The notes under the pieces are model-generated. The model was not told the origin of the DNA. It searched no databases and was given only the letters and a program-made list of their open reading frames with translations. 64,000 nucleotides of DNA from an uncultured Alphaproteobacteria bacterium (GTDB taxonomy: Bacteria > Pseudomonadota > Alphaproteobacteria > Rs-D84): positions 160,001 to 224,000 of the forward strand of contig CALXXY010000001.1 of assembly GCA_944392815.1 (NCBI GenBank), given 5' to 3'. The position numbers and the translations under genes were made by a program. Each line of letters opens with the position of its first letter. The stretch's first letter is position 1. Of this stretch, positions 31,180 through 41,997 are shown piece after piece.

Positions 31180-31923
31180 ATGGCAGTAAAAAATGTCGCA
31201 ATTAAAACCAAACCTGACGCCATTCGGCATGCTCAATCCGATGGTGGTATTGGTGTATATTTAAAAAGAATTTTCGCGCTGATGTTCGGCGCGGTTGCAG
31301 TGACGGCGCTGACGTCGTGGTTGACCATATTCACCCCGCTGGGCGGCATATTGGTGACGGCGCACGGCAGTTTGTCTGCCATGTATTACGTGCTGTTGTT
31401 TGGTGGATTGGCATTGTCCATCTGGGCCCAGGCGCGTGCGTTCAGTTTCAAACCGTCAACAGGTGCGCTGTTGTTATTCCTGTACGCAATTATTATCGGC
31501 ATAGTTATATCGCCGATGTTGCTGTACGTCAGTGTATCTAATCCGATGTCAATTCCGATGGCGTTTGGCATTGCGGCCGCTATGTTCGCGTGCATGGCGC
31601 TGTTCGGATATAAAACGGTTAAAAACCTGTCGTTTTTGGGAATCTTTCTGTTTATGGGCATGATTGGGTTGGTGCTGGTTGGATTGGCGTCTTTGATATG
31701 GCCGGTAATTGTCAGCGGCACATTTGGCACAATCGTATCCATTATTGGTGTGTTGGTATTCGCCCTGTTTACCGCATACGATATGCAAACGCTGAAAAAT
31801 GCGTACGCAATGGGTGGGGACGACACACGTAAAAATCAGTTGGCTGTGCTGGGGGCATTGCAACTGTACATTTCTTTTGTTGCACTGTTCCAATACATTT
31901 TGGATTTGTTCAACAGAAATTAA
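31180..31923 (+). CDS. Bax inhibitor-1/YccA family membrane protein
   Basis: Seven hydrophobic segments, TAYDMQ, AL.LY.SFV.LF. Confidence 0.85.
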   Translation: MAVKNVAIKTKPDAIRHAQSDGGIGVYLKRIFALMFGAVAVTALTSWLTIFTPLGGILVTAHGSLSAMYYVLLFGGLALSIWAQARAFSFKPSTGALLLFLYAIIIGIVISPMLLYVSVSNPMSIPMAFGIAAAMFACMALFGYKTVKNLSFLGIFLFMGMIGLVLVGLASLIWPVIVSGTFGTIVSIIGVLVFALFTAYDMQTLKNAYAMGGDDTRKNQLAVLGALQLYISFVALFQYILDLFNRN

Positions 31924-31957
31924 TTAACCAAATAACCAAGTAATATGGAGTTATAAA

Positions 31958-32140
31958 ATGGCTTATAAAATCGATCCTGCGAAATGCATTGGTTGTCACA
32001 CTTGCATGGGGGCATGCCCTGTGATGGCGATATCCACGGGCCCAGACGGCAAATGTGTGATTGATCCGGCAAAATGTATTTCATGCGGTACGTGCGCGGC
32101 TGTATGCCCAGTGGCGGCAATTGCCCCGGACGCAAAATAA
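31958..32140 (+). CDS. 2[4Fe-4S] ferredoxin
   Basis: Two CxxCxxCxxxCP motifs. Confidence 0.92.
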   Translation: MAYKIDPAKCIGCHTCMGACPVMAISTGPDGKCVIDPAKCISCGTCAAVCPVAAIAPDAK

Positions 32141-32252
32141 ATATGACATTGCGTTGAATAAAACGGGGGTTCGCCCCCGTTTTTATTGTAAAAAATGTTG
32201 CAAACAAACAAATTCTGTATAACAATACATCGGTAAAATTTGGGGGTATAAA

Positions 32253-33614
32253 ATGCCAGCGAAAACAGTTAATGATATCGTCGCATTATGCAAACGGCGT
32301 GGTTTTATTTTTACAGGTTCTGAAATCTATGGCGGAATGGGCGGCACATACGATTATGGCCCATATGGTGTGGAATTAATGAAAAATATCCGCAACGCAT
32401 GGTGGAATTCTATGATTTATTCCCGTAATGATATAGAGGGACTGGAGGCCGCAGTCATAACCAACCGTTTAATGTGGAAATATTCTGGGCATGAATCCAG
32501 TTTTTCTGATCCACTGGTTGAATGTAAAAAATGCGGTGCCCGCATGCGCCAGGATAAAATGCGCGACCAAACAAAATGCGATAATTGTGGCAGTACTGAT
32601 TTAACCCCGCCACGCGCGTATCAGTTGATGATGGGGCTGTCAATCGGCGCAACGGCTGATGGTGAAATAAACGCGTATTTGCGGCCGGAAACTGCGACAA
32701 CGACATACGTTAATTTTAAAAATGTTTTGGACGCGTGTCCGCATAAATTGCCGTTTGGTATCGCCCAAATTGGCAAAGCGTTCCGTAATGAAATTTCACC
32801 GCGTGGATTCGTGTTCCGCATGCGTGAATTTGAACAGGCCGAAATGCAATATTTCGTTAATCCTGCGGACGACGAAAAATATTTTGAAATGTGGAAAAAA
32901 ATCCGTATGGCATGGTGGATTGACGTATTGGGAATACCTGCGAACAAATTGCGTTTCACACCACATGAAAAATTGGCCCATTATGCCAAGGCCGCCGGCG
33001 ACATCGAATACGAATTCCCCGACGGATTCGACGAAGTCGAAGGTATCCATAACCGCCAGGATTTTGACCTGGGGTCGCATACAAAATCGCAAAACGAATT
33101 CAAAATCAATGCCCGCGTTATGGAAAATCGCGACAGTACTGTAAAATTGGCATACAGTGATCCGCAAACGGGCGAAAGTTTTATCCCGTACGTTATTGAA
33201 ACGGCCATGGGGGTAAATCGCGCCATGTTCGCGGTTATGCTGGACGCATATACCGAAGAACAATTGCCGGACGGGAAATCACGCGTGGTGCTGAAATTAA
33301 AACCTGCGCTGGCCCCGGTAAAGGCCGCGGTTATACCGTTGGCGCGCAACGTGCCTGAATTGGTGACAATTGCGAACAATATTGAAAACGATTTGCGTAA
33401 ATTACATATTGGCCGCATAGAATTGGAAAATTCCGGCAACATCGGTAAAAATTACCGCAGACATGACGAAATCGGCACGCCGGTGTGCATAACTGTCGAC
33501 CACCAAACTATGGAGGATAACACCGTCACCCTGCGTCATCGTGATTCCATGCAACAGGAACGCGTGGCGGTATCTGATGTGCCGCGTCGCGTGATGGAAA
33601 TAATAAACGGGTAA
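32253..33614 (+). CDS. glyQS: Glycine--tRNA ligase, homodimeric (alpha2) type
   Basis: CKRRGF...SEIYGG, YDYGP.G, LRPETA, QIGKAFRNEISP, AHYA, IPYVIE, IGK.YRRHDEIGTP. Confidence 0.93.
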   Translation: MPAKTVNDIVALCKRRGFIFTGSEIYGGMGGTYDYGPYGVELMKNIRNAWWNSMIYSRNDIEGLEAAVITNRLMWKYSGHESSFSDPLVECKKCGARMRQDKMRDQTKCDNCGSTDLTPPRAYQLMMGLSIGATADGEINAYLRPETATTTYVNFKNVLDACPHKLPFGIAQIGKAFRNEISPRGFVFRMREFEQAEMQYFVNPADDEKYFEMWKKIRMAWWIDVLGIPANKLRFTPHEKLAHYAKAAGDIEYEFPDGFDEVEGIHNRQDFDLGSHTKSQNEFKINARVMENRDSTVKLAYSDPQTGESFIPYVIETAMGVNRAMFAVMLDAYTEEQLPDGKSRVVLKLKPALAPVKAAVIPLARNVPELVTIANNIENDLRKLHIGRIELENSGNIGKNYRRHDEIGTPVCITVDHQTMEDNTVTLRHRDSMQQERVAVSDVPRRVMEIING

Positions 33615-33645
33615 ATAAAAATCCCGCCGTATGGCGGGATTTTTA

Positions 33646-35343
33646 TTATTCCTGCTCGGGCACAACGGACATTGCGGGAATGGCCACTGTATCGTTATAT
33701 TTACTTAAATATCTGTCGCCTGTAATGCAATATACAGTTGTCAAAGAATCCGTGTATTCACGCGACGCGGCCGTCCAACGATTTTGAACGTCCAATTGTG
33801 CGCCCTGGTACCCGGACAGACCGCCCAACGCACCACCAACACCCGCACCAATCAATGTGCCTTTCAGGCGGGCTTTGTTGCCAAAATCAATCAAACCGCC
33901 GTCGGTGGCACTTTCCTTCATGGGATAAAAATTATCGAAATCATCTTGTAAATCATCGGGCAATGTATATGCCGTGCCATTACCAGAACGTCCGTAAATT
34001 GTTTTCCCGGCACTGCGGGTTGATTTCCATTCGGACCAATCTTCGCTGGACAGTCCAAACGCCCGATCGTCCATTTCAACCATGGCGGCAATTTGACGGT
34101 CAATTGTGCCCGCCCCAGATTCAATCGGCGTGAACACCCCGGTGCCACTGACGATATTATCCGTTTGTTCGCCATCGGGAATTATGACCATTTTGCCATT
34201 TTGGTTGGACATGTAATAACGCAAACTGATATCTTCGTTAACCTTGGTTTCCAGTTCGGCTGTGTCGATATCTTCGATATCCCTGCCCGGGAATGCGGTT
34301 AATTTAACCGACACCAGTTCCTGGTCTGTACAGCCATCTGTTGGGTCGCAAACATATGTTTCACGGGTCGTCACGTTGTAATATGCAGTTTGATCCGCAT
34401 CCAATGGCTTTGGCGTCACCAACGCCCCCCACAAACATGTCGTGTCATGTCCGTCAATGGTACATTTTTCAATACGCAACACAGAATCACCAGATGCCGC
34501 CATGTTGCCAACAACCCCACCGGCCGCGGCATTAACCCCAACGGACAAAATCGTATCGCCGGCCACTTTGCCCGCATACGCATTGCCGGCCATTAATGCA
34601 CCGCCAGACAATGCGCCGATAACTGTATTTTGTATTTTTCCCTGGTCCGTGCCCAATAAACTGCTGTTGCCTGGGTCGTTTGCGCCACTCATATTCCCGC
34701 CCAGTCCACCAATTATCACACCGGCCGCGATTTTCAGGCCCGCGTTTTTCTTTTGTTCCTGGTTCATTTGGGCAATCACATCGTCCATAGTCGGGGCGTT
34801 ATCCGCCGGGAAAGTAAAACTTTCGACCGCACTGGCAATCATTGTTGATTCCGGGAAAGATGAAATATTGCATTTTATGCTGTCGCCGGCCGCCAAATTC
34901 GCCCGTGCCAAAACCAAATCAGTGCCGTTTGGGCCGGCCTGGTACCCGCGCAATTCAACAACCGCCACGCATGTATCCGCACCACCAACCCCCGCACCAA
35001 CGGTTGGGGCGTCCCACGCGAATTCACCATTCGGATATATCATCGCGCATCGGGCTAAACGATCGTACGCCGCGGAATCCGTACTGGACGCAGAAATTTC
35101 CTGGGCCAAATCAGCGTCGGCCACGCGAACAGGCAAATTATTTTCAACATCTGTTGATGGGGTCACGACAGTCGGGGTTTCTGTGGTTTGCACGGGCGTG
35201 TTCAGGGCATTGACCTGTTGATACGCCTGGGCATAACTGCGCGAATGATTACCAACACGCATGGCCGCAAACGTCATCGTCGGCACGACGCCAATTAACG
35301 CCGCAAACAAAGAATAGTGAATAATCGCACGTTTTGTATTCAT
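33646..35343 (-). CDS. Secreted or membrane hypothetical protein with glycine-zipper segments
   Basis: Signal-like N-terminus, repeated GxxxGxxxG segments, paired Cys. Confidence 0.7.
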   Translation of the reverse strand: MNTKRAIIHYSLFAALIGVVPTMTFAAMRVGNHSRSYAQAYQQVNALNTPVQTTETPTVVTPSTDVENNLPVRVADADLAQEISASSTDSAAYDRLARCAMIYPNGEFAWDAPTVGAGVGGADTCVAVVELRGYQAGPNGTDLVLARANLAAGDSIKCNISSFPESTMIASAVESFTFPADNAPTMDDVIAQMNQEQKKNAGLKIAAGVIIGGLGGNMSGANDPGNSSLLGTDQGKIQNTVIGALSGGALMAGNAYAGKVAGDTILSVGVNAAAGGVVGNMAASGDSVLRIEKCTIDGHDTTCLWGALVTPKPLDADQTAYYNVTTRETYVCDPTDGCTDQELVSVKLTAFPGRDIEDIDTAELETKVNEDISLRYYMSNQNGKMVIIPDGEQTDNIVSGTGVFTPIESGAGTIDRQIAAMVEMDDRAFGLSSEDWSEWKSTRSAGKTIYGRSGNGTAYTLPDDLQDDFDNFYPMKESATDGGLIDFGNKARLKGTLIGAGVGGALGGLSGYQGAQLDVQNRWTAASREYTDSLTTVYCITGDRYLSKYNDTVAIPAMSVVPEQE

Positions 35344-35393
35344 GTATTCTGCCCCCACCGCGCCGAATTTATGGCGCGCCCCCATTAAAAATA

Positions 35394-36485
35394 TCAGAAC
35401 TGCAAACGCAAACGCAGGCCCAGGTCAATCATGCTTAAACGGCCACCCTCGTACCAATTGGTGTAATGATACACACTGTCGTACGGGGCGGGGTATTCCA
35501 TACCTGCGCCGTCGCCCAGCCATTCTGTTTGTGAAACGATGATACTGCCAGATGTTCTGACACGCCCCAAATTAGTATATCTGACAAAGAAATCGATTTT
35601 AATTCCACCGTCCATTTCAGTGGTCAGGCCGCCTTCGACCATGAATGCAAACTGTTCAGATGTGCCGCCATTATGATACGCGTACACGTCCGAAATACCG
35701 GTTAAATCACCGGCACCAGCCACACTGGGGTCCATTTCGGAATAAAAAGTGTTATCATATACAACATAGTCGGCAATGGTGTTCAATGAAATACCAGCAC
35801 CCACACCGACATACGGGCGCAACATACCACCGGCCAAATATCCCGTGTACGAATCGATATTATAATACACGTTCAACATTGTTGCGTTTGCGGTGATGGC
35901 GCCGCCCTCTACTGTGGCATCGACATAGCCACCAACACCGTCGGCGGATTTAACCATTGACGGATACGCAATTCCCGAATAACGCAGATATCCAAAATCC
36001 ACGCGCAAATCATTATTAATCGACGCACCAACCGACAATTGCAGTGGAATCACTGTGTCGGTGGCGAAATCGGCCTCTTGAAAAGCGCCGGGGACGAATT
36101 GGCCACCCTCTTCGTCCATATAGTCGGACAAAACCGTGCCGCTGACACTGGCCGAATAACCAACAGACAAACCAACGTACAGACCACTGTCCGCCAAACG
36201 GTCGAAATCAGTGGGCTGATAATATTGACGGCCCGCGACCGTGGTGGTTGCGGTTGTTGCATTTGAACCAACACGCGGCAAAGTGCCCGTCACCCGTGTG
36301 GGATTGGCAACATTTGGGTTGTTTGTTTGCATAACAGTCCCGCTGGCGGTTGGTAATAACACAACCTGGCCCGCGGCATTTGTGCCCTGATACCCGGAAT
36401 AAACAGGATATGTCGCAGCATTTGCCACGCCGTGCGCGCCAAACAAAACACCCGTCAATGCCGCAAGAAAGCCGACTTTTTTCAT
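35394..36485 (-). CDS. Outer-membrane beta-barrel protein
   Basis: Signal peptide, NVYYN, PYVGVGAG, C-terminal LRLQF. Confidence 0.75.
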   Translation of the reverse strand: MKKVGFLAALTGVLFGAHGVANAATYPVYSGYQGTNAAGQVVLLPTASGTVMQTNNPNVANPTRVTGTLPRVGSNATTATTTVAGRQYYQPTDFDRLADSGLYVGLSVGYSASVSGTVLSDYMDEEGGQFVPGAFQEADFATDTVIPLQLSVGASINNDLRVDFGYLRYSGIAYPSMVKSADGVGGYVDATVEGGAITANATMLNVYYNIDSYTGYLAGGMLRPYVGVGAGISLNTIADYVVYDNTFYSEMDPSVAGAGDLTGISDVYAYHNGGTSEQFAFMVEGGLTTEMDGGIKIDFFVRYTNLGRVRTSGSIIVSQTEWLGDGAGMEYPAPYDSVYHYTNWYEGGRLSMIDLGLRLRLQF

Positions 36486-36622
36486 TGCCTTTCCATTTTC
36501 CTTTTATGCCATTATACCACAAAAATATTCGCGATAAAAGCATTTTCACGGCCACATAATAAAATACCCCGCGGATGCGGGGTATTTTTGTCCAATATAA
36601 GTTAATTCAGTTTTTTTTCGTA

Positions 36623-37624
36623 TTAGAACGCCAGGTTCAAACGAACACCAACCTCGGCCTTGACATCTGTGCCGTTTTGAGAGTTGGCATGCGCTTCGTC
36701 GAATGTGTATTCGCCGTACACAGCAACCTGGACATTGTCTGTCAATTGATTTGCCGCAGACAGTGTGACGATGTATTCATCGAAACCATCGTTCATGTCG
36801 GACAGTGGGGCAATAATCCCACTTGCCACCGCATTCCCCATTGCGTCTAATTCTGTAGCCAAACTTTTAACACCATTGTCGGCGTGGTGATTATATTTGA
36901 ATCCCGCACCGAATGACCAGCGGTCGTTTAACTGATAAAATGCGTTCAAACCAAAGTTAACCTCGGTTGTGGATTTCAGGTTAACAGAAATCTCACTCGG
37001 GATACCAGCCGCTGCCAACGCGCCCCTCATTTCAGCATTCAAGCCAGCAATATCAATCACGTTGTTGCTGTTGCCGAATGTTTTCAGAACTTCCACAAAC
37101 GCGCTGGTGGTCAATTTGCTCCAAGTTTTACCAAAGCGAACACCGGCGTCAAAGCCCCAGCGGCCGTTGGAATAGTTGTCATACTGGAAACCACGTTCCA
37201 ATGTGTACGCGCCGCGCATTTTGTTAATGCCGCCCAGGTGTGCGTCTGCATAGATATCCAACACGATATCGTCGGACGTTTCAATCGCACGCCAAATCAG
37301 ACCAAAACGGCCGTGATTCATGCCCTTGCGATCAATGTCGGCGTCATGTGTGTATGCGAATGCACCACGAATTGCGATACGGTCTGTGATACCGATACCC
37401 AAATCTTCCTGGATACGCCAAATTGGGAATTCTGTTGCGCCATCGTGACCCTTTTTAACATGGGCATCTGAACTGTCCGCAACCTTTAACATCAATCCGC
37501 CCGATGTTTTCGAATAGAATTCGCCAGCGGTCGGCATATACAACGGATTTTCCAAATTAGCAGCCATCGCAGGTGTTGCCAAAACAGATGCAGCAACCGC
37601 CAATTTTAAACTTTTTTTCATCAT
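36623..37624 (-). CDS. Outer-membrane protein (beta-barrel)
   Basis: Signal peptide, alternating beta-strands, C-terminal VRLNLAF. Confidence 0.7.
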   Translation of the reverse strand: MMKKSLKLAVAASVLATPAMAANLENPLYMPTAGEFYSKTSGGLMLKVADSSDAHVKKGHDGATEFPIWRIQEDLGIGITDRIAIRGAFAYTHDADIDRKGMNHGRFGLIWRAIETSDDIVLDIYADAHLGGINKMRGAYTLERGFQYDNYSNGRWGFDAGVRFGKTWSKLTTSAFVEVLKTFGNSNNVIDIAGLNAEMRGALAAAGIPSEISVNLKSTTEVNFGLNAFYQLNDRWSFGAGFKYNHHADNGVKSLATELDAMGNAVASGIIAPLSDMNDGFDEYIVTLSAANQLTDNVQVAVYGEYTFDEAHANSQNGTDVKAEVGVRLNLAF

Positions 37625-37866
37625 TTAACTCCTTGGTTTCGATGAAATGAATCACACGGCCCCCATTATTGGCAAGACCGCGGGTCATATCCGCCCCGCC
37701 CATTATTGGCAACAGCGCGTTTTTGTGATATGGCCGTTGTACAGGGTGCTATATTCTGTGAATAAAGTCAAAGGCAAAATATTTTGTCCCGAAATTATTG
37801 ACAAACATGCTGGACGCACTATATCAGTTTGATGTGGTGGGGATTATTTAACCAAAGGGGGCGAAT

Positions 37867-38418
37867 ATGGCCGACAAATTCAACGAATATATGCAAATTA
37901 TCGCTGGGGCAAATCCCCAAAAAAGCAACACCAAACAATTATCTGACGCGGACAAGAAAAAATTATCGTCCAACTATTTCGAATTGTTTTATAACCTGAC
38001 CGCAACAAATTGGCTGCGCGGTGGGAATCTGGGACGGGCATGGTATGTCGCACTGAACCAGATGAAACAATATATAACGACCCAGGCACCAAATAATCCG
38101 GCCGCCATGTACCTGCGCCAGGTATTCGCCGCGCATAACACGCGTTGGGCGCAAATCATGATGACCAGTCCACACAGAAACGACACAATTGACGCGCCGG
38201 CTGACAAGCGCGCTGAATGGACTGCGCGGGTTGCACAAAAAACAACCGCCGCGTTAAATGATTTGAATTCTGTATTGGCGCAATATCGTGTGGATACAAA
38301 AACTCAACAGGCGAACATCGCCACCAAACAGGCCGCTATGCGCACCGCGGTGCAAAATATACAAATGCAGATTTTAATGCAAATGAAGCGTCAGCAAAAC
38401 GGCGGTATGGCCGCATAA
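37867..38418 (+). CDS. Hypothetical helical protein
   Basis: 183-aa ORF with GGGGG RBS and a downstream hairpin. Confidence 0.65.
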   Translation: MADKFNEYMQIIAGANPQKSNTKQLSDADKKKLSSNYFELFYNLTATNWLRGGNLGRAWYVALNQMKQYITTQAPNNPAAMYLRQVFAAHNTRWAQIMMTSPHRNDTIDAPADKRAEWTARVAQKTTAALNDLNSVLAQYRVDTKTQQANIATKQAAMRTAVQNIQMQILMQMKRQQNGGMAA

Positions 38419-38444
38419 AACACACGGGGCATACGCCCCGTTTT

Positions 38445-39686
38445 TTATTTATGCGCGTATGCCAATGTATACGGCACCAATGCGTCCGTGGAACCATTAA
38501 ACCAGGCACGCGGAATTATCAAACTGTTATGCTGGCCCGCCGACATTTTGGGCAATGTATCACCATTTTTCGCATTAATAATTTGTGGCAATGACACTGA
38601 TATATCATTCGTACTGTGCGGAACGATGAATTTGATTTCGGCGCCCCGACGTATTTCGTTGCGCAATTCCAATGTGATTTTTTCCGTGTCCACAGACGTA
38701 ATAACCCCGGCCGCATGGTAATCTGACGTTGAACGCGCCGTTTCATAATTCTGGGCGTCTGGGCCGGCCGCGCCATTGAAAAATGCCGTGGTGTATCCGC
38801 GCGTTTCCAGGCGTTCCAATTCCGCCATAAATGGCGCAGGGTCAAATTCCGCCGGGTTGCGCGCATACGCGTCCAAAGCCGCACGATATGCGTGCACAAC
38901 CGCACCAACGTAATATTCACTGCGATTGCGGCCTTCGATTTTCAAAGAATCTGGTCGCGATTCAATTACATCGCGCAATACAGGCATTAAACACAAATCG
39001 CGTGCGTTCATGATGTATGTGCCACGGTCGTCCTGATCAATTGGCATTTCAATGCCTGTTTCGTGTTCGCGCAAAATTACGTCGTATTTCCACCGGCATA
39101 ATTGCGCGCACGCACCGCGGTTGGCCGGGCGACCTGTGATAAAATTAGACAACAGGCAACGCCCAGAATAACTCATGCACATGGCGCCATGGACAAAAAT
39201 TTCCAGCCCCATATCAGGACATTTTTCACGAATGATTTTAAATTCGCTGTGCGAAACCTCGCGCGCAAGGACGCACAACCGCGCCCCTGCATTTTGCCAA
39301 AATTTAACCGCGGCGGCCGAACAAATGTTTGCCTGGGTCGATACATGTATGGGCATGTCGGGGTGGTGTTCGCGCACCCACATCATGACCCCTGGATCGG
39401 ATACTATCAGGGCGTCGGGCCGCAAATAGTTGATTGTATCGCTGACGCGGGACATATTTTCAAAATCACGTTCATGCGCAAACAGATTGAACGCCAGGTA
39501 CACTTTGCGTCCCGCACTGTGCGCCAACGCTATGCCGGCGTGAACCTCGTCCGTGGTGATTTTTGCACGCGCCCGCATGGAAAACCCGGGCAGTCCCGCA
39601 TAAACAGCGTCTGCGCCATATAAAATGGCCGTTTTAAACGCGTCCAGCGTGCCCGCCGGCGCCAATAACTCAGGTAATTTTATCAT
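38445..39686 (-). CDS. Peptidase U32 family (TrhP/YegQ-like tRNA hydroxylase)
   Basis: PELLAPAG, GADAVY, HVSTQAN, VHGAMC.SYSGRCLLS, ANRG.CAQ.CRW, SLKIEGR. Confidence 0.88.
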   Translation of the reverse strand: MIKLPELLAPAGTLDAFKTAILYGADAVYAGLPGFSMRARAKITTDEVHAGIALAHSAGRKVYLAFNLFAHERDFENMSRVSDTINYLRPDALIVSDPGVMMWVREHHPDMPIHVSTQANICSAAAVKFWQNAGARLCVLAREVSHSEFKIIREKCPDMGLEIFVHGAMCMSYSGRCLLSNFITGRPANRGACAQLCRWKYDVILREHETGIEMPIDQDDRGTYIMNARDLCLMPVLRDVIESRPDSLKIEGRNRSEYYVGAVVHAYRAALDAYARNPAEFDPAPFMAELERLETRGYTTAFFNGAAGPDAQNYETARSTSDYHAAGVITSVDTEKITLELRNEIRRGAEIKFIVPHSTNDISVSLPQIINAKNGDTLPKMSAGQHNSLIIPRAWFNGSTDALVPYTLAYAHK

Positions 39687-39783
39687 AGTAATTATATTTT
39701 TAACTGTTATTTGCACAATGCAAGCATTTTGTGAATTTTTTAACTTGAAATTTGTGCGTGCACAATGTATAGTATGCCACGTT

Positions 39784-39859
39784 GCCAGTTTAGCTCAGCT
39801 GGTAGAGCATCTGATTTGTAATCAGAGGGTCGTTGGTTCAAGTCCGACAACTGGCACCA
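39784..39859 (+). tRNA. tRNA-Thr (anticodon UGU)
   Basis: GCCAGTTTAGCTCAGCTGGTAGAGC...TTTGTAA...GGTTCAAGTCC...GGCACCA; 76 nt. Confidence 0.96.
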
Positions 39860-39928
39860 GAATATGTCCCTGATATCAGGGACTTTTTCATTTTTATACT
39901 TAAATATTCCCTGCCCTTTATTTATTTT

Positions 39929-39950
39929 TTTGCTACCTATTTGCTACTGA
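39929..39950 (+). repeat. Integrase arm-type sites, left end (TTTGCTAC x2)
   Basis: TTTGCTACCTATTTGCTACTGA, near-identical to 54062-54083. Confidence 0.7.
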
Positions 39951-40013
39951 GAACATTTAAAATTGTTCTGTATTATTATTGAATATTATATATTTTTATA
40001 TATCATACAACCT

Positions 40014-40568
40014 ATGAGAAACTTAACAGCGTCTATAATTTTCATTTTTTTAATCATAATTGTCGGAATCGCCCTATTCTTTCAAATTATGTATAGCGAC
40101 AGATCTACTTTAGGCATGTTCATTGTAACAGCAATGGCGGCTTTAGGGACTTGTGGTGTAACTATTTTAAATATATTCCCTTATATTCCAAAAGACAAAC
40201 TAACTGCAGTCCTGTGCTATCGCAACAAAAAGCTTTGGATATTGGTAACTAACCATACAAACCACACTGTTTATCTTGGGATGGATAAATACCCTATTGC
40301 AGAATATCCAGATGCATTTGCTTTATGGTGGAAAACGAATAAAAATTGCAATGAGCTAAATTCAAATCCTATTCTAACAAATCCTGGAGACAATGTAGCC
40401 ATACCTCCTAAAGTAACAGTTGGCTATCCAATTAACCATAAAATTTTTAGAAAAAATGATCTAAACAAGATAAAAATTGTCGTCTGTACAAGTTCTGGAT
40501 ATAGAATTAATGTAGAAAAAAGATTAAATAAAAAAAAGAACAACAATGTCAACAAACAACATTCTTGA
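40014..40568 (+). CDS. Hypothetical membrane protein
   Basis: Two N-terminal hydrophobic helices. Confidence 0.6.
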   Translation: MRNLTASIIFIFLIIIVGIALFFQIMYSDRSTLGMFIVTAMAALGTCGVTILNIFPYIPKDKLTAVLCYRNKKLWILVTNHTNHTVYLGMDKYPIAEYPDAFALWWKTNKNCNELNSNPILTNPGDNVAIPPKVTVGYPINHKIFRKNDLNKIKIVVCTSSGYRINVEKRLNKKKNNNVNKQHS

Positions 40569-41058
40569 AGTTCCTTTGAAAGCTCACTTATTATCTTCAA
40601 AAGAAGAAAATAATAAACAGCATGACGCTGATTTAATAGAACGAGAAAAAGCGCTGTTTCAAAAATACGGGTTAACACGACCTGCCCAACTATCCCCAGA
40701 CACCAGAAAACTTATCCAACTAATGGCAGTGGACTTAAACATAAATGGATTTAAGACAGCAAACGAAGTTAAACCGTGTGGTCGACCAAATAAATGGAAA
40801 GAAATAGATGTTATTTTATTATTCGGAATACGAGTATACCTTATGCAGCAAAAACATCCTACTTATACTTTGGTAAATATTATAAACCATGTCTCCAAGA
40901 AGTATTATCCGGACGAAAATCCCAAAAGCCTGTACACACGATATCATGAAATTTTTAACAATAGCGTTAACACAAAATTAATAACATACATAAAACAAAC
41001 AATATCCAACAAAAACATAGAAGAATTAGAAAAACAACTTTCCAATATACAACAATAA
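40546..41058 (+). CDS. Hypothetical protein (possible DNA-binding regulator)
   Basis: GRP.KW motif and helical C-terminus; precedes the HTH gene. Confidence 0.5.
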   Translation: MSTNNILEVPLKAHLLSSKEENNKQHDADLIEREKALFQKYGLTRPAQLSPDTRKLIQLMAVDLNINGFKTANEVKPCGRPNKWKEIDVILLFGIRVYLMQQKHPTYTLVNIINHVSKKYYPDENPKSLYTRYHEIFNNSVNTKLITYIKQTISNKNIEELEKQLSNIQQ

Positions 41059-41176
41059 TCGTTATACGAAAAACAAATCAGAATATTCGTATACGTTTTT
41101 TGTTATACGAATATTATTTTCCTTTATCCGTATAAATCCGCCTTTTATGATTTTTTTGAATTTAAAAGGAGGATAA

Positions 41177-41383
41177 ATGAACAATGAAACATTAAATTCA
41201 TCGGCTTTAATGGATCAGCGCGCTGCTGCCGCATACCTGGGAACTACTGTAGGCACTTTGAACACATGGCGACATTATGGAAAACAAAAAATACCATTTA
41301 TGCGCTGGGACAATTGCATACGATACAGAAAAGAAGATTTAGATGCATTTATTGCCAAGAACATAGAAAATCCGATTGAATAA
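41177..41383 (+). CDS. Helix-turn-helix excisionase/AlpA-like protein
   Basis: AAAYLG..VGTL..WR...IPF......RYRKEDLDAFI; AGGAGG RBS. Confidence 0.85.
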   Translation: MNNETLNSSALMDQRAAAAYLGTTVGTLNTWRHYGKQKIPFMRWDNCIRYRKEDLDAFIAKNIENPIE

Positions 41384-41463
41384 AAATAATACTCTAATCT
41401 AGCTTGACTATCAGGTTGTGCCGCATATGGCTATTCCTGATATCATGCTTTTTTCAATAAGAT

Positions 41464-41997
41464 ATGCGCACAATAACCAGCGCAGTTAATATCACTATGG
41501 ACGAATTAAATGAACTAAAACATTGGTTAAGCACGCAATACGGGACAAAATCACTATTTTTATCCTTACATTTTAAAACTACGCCCGTGAACAAAGAGTC
41601 TCTTTGTAAACGATGGCGACCAATTTTTACAACCCTGTTCAGATCTATTCTAGGCCGACATTGGATAAAAAGTTATAACCGACATTTTCGGTTCATTGGA
41701 TTTCAGGAGTTCGGAATAAAACATGACCGGCACATTCATTTTATACTAAATGTTAATATTGATATACCTACTGAATTTATAATAGAGAAATTAAAAACTT
41801 TGTCGTTTCGTCTTAATATGGATATATGGACAGACGAGACAGAAAAAATTCATATACCAAAACAACATGGCGACAATCTGATGATAAAACAAATATATTC
41901 AGAACGAATTTTTGACTATATAACCAAAGAAATCCGGATTTTTATACCAAATTCACCAAACCACAGGATAATATTAGATATCGACATAATTCACTAA
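41464..41997 (+). CDS. HUH rolling-circle Rep-like protein
   Basis: E......HIHFIL (HUH) and DYITKE (YxxK). Confidence 0.6.
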   Translation: MRTITSAVNITMDELNELKHWLSTQYGTKSLFLSLHFKTTPVNKESLCKRWRPIFTTLFRSILGRHWIKSYNRHFRFIGFQEFGIKHDRHIHFILNVNIDIPTEFIIEKLKTLSFRLNMDIWTDETEKIHIPKQHGDNLMIKQIYSERIFDYITKEIRIFIPNSPNHRIILDIDIIH

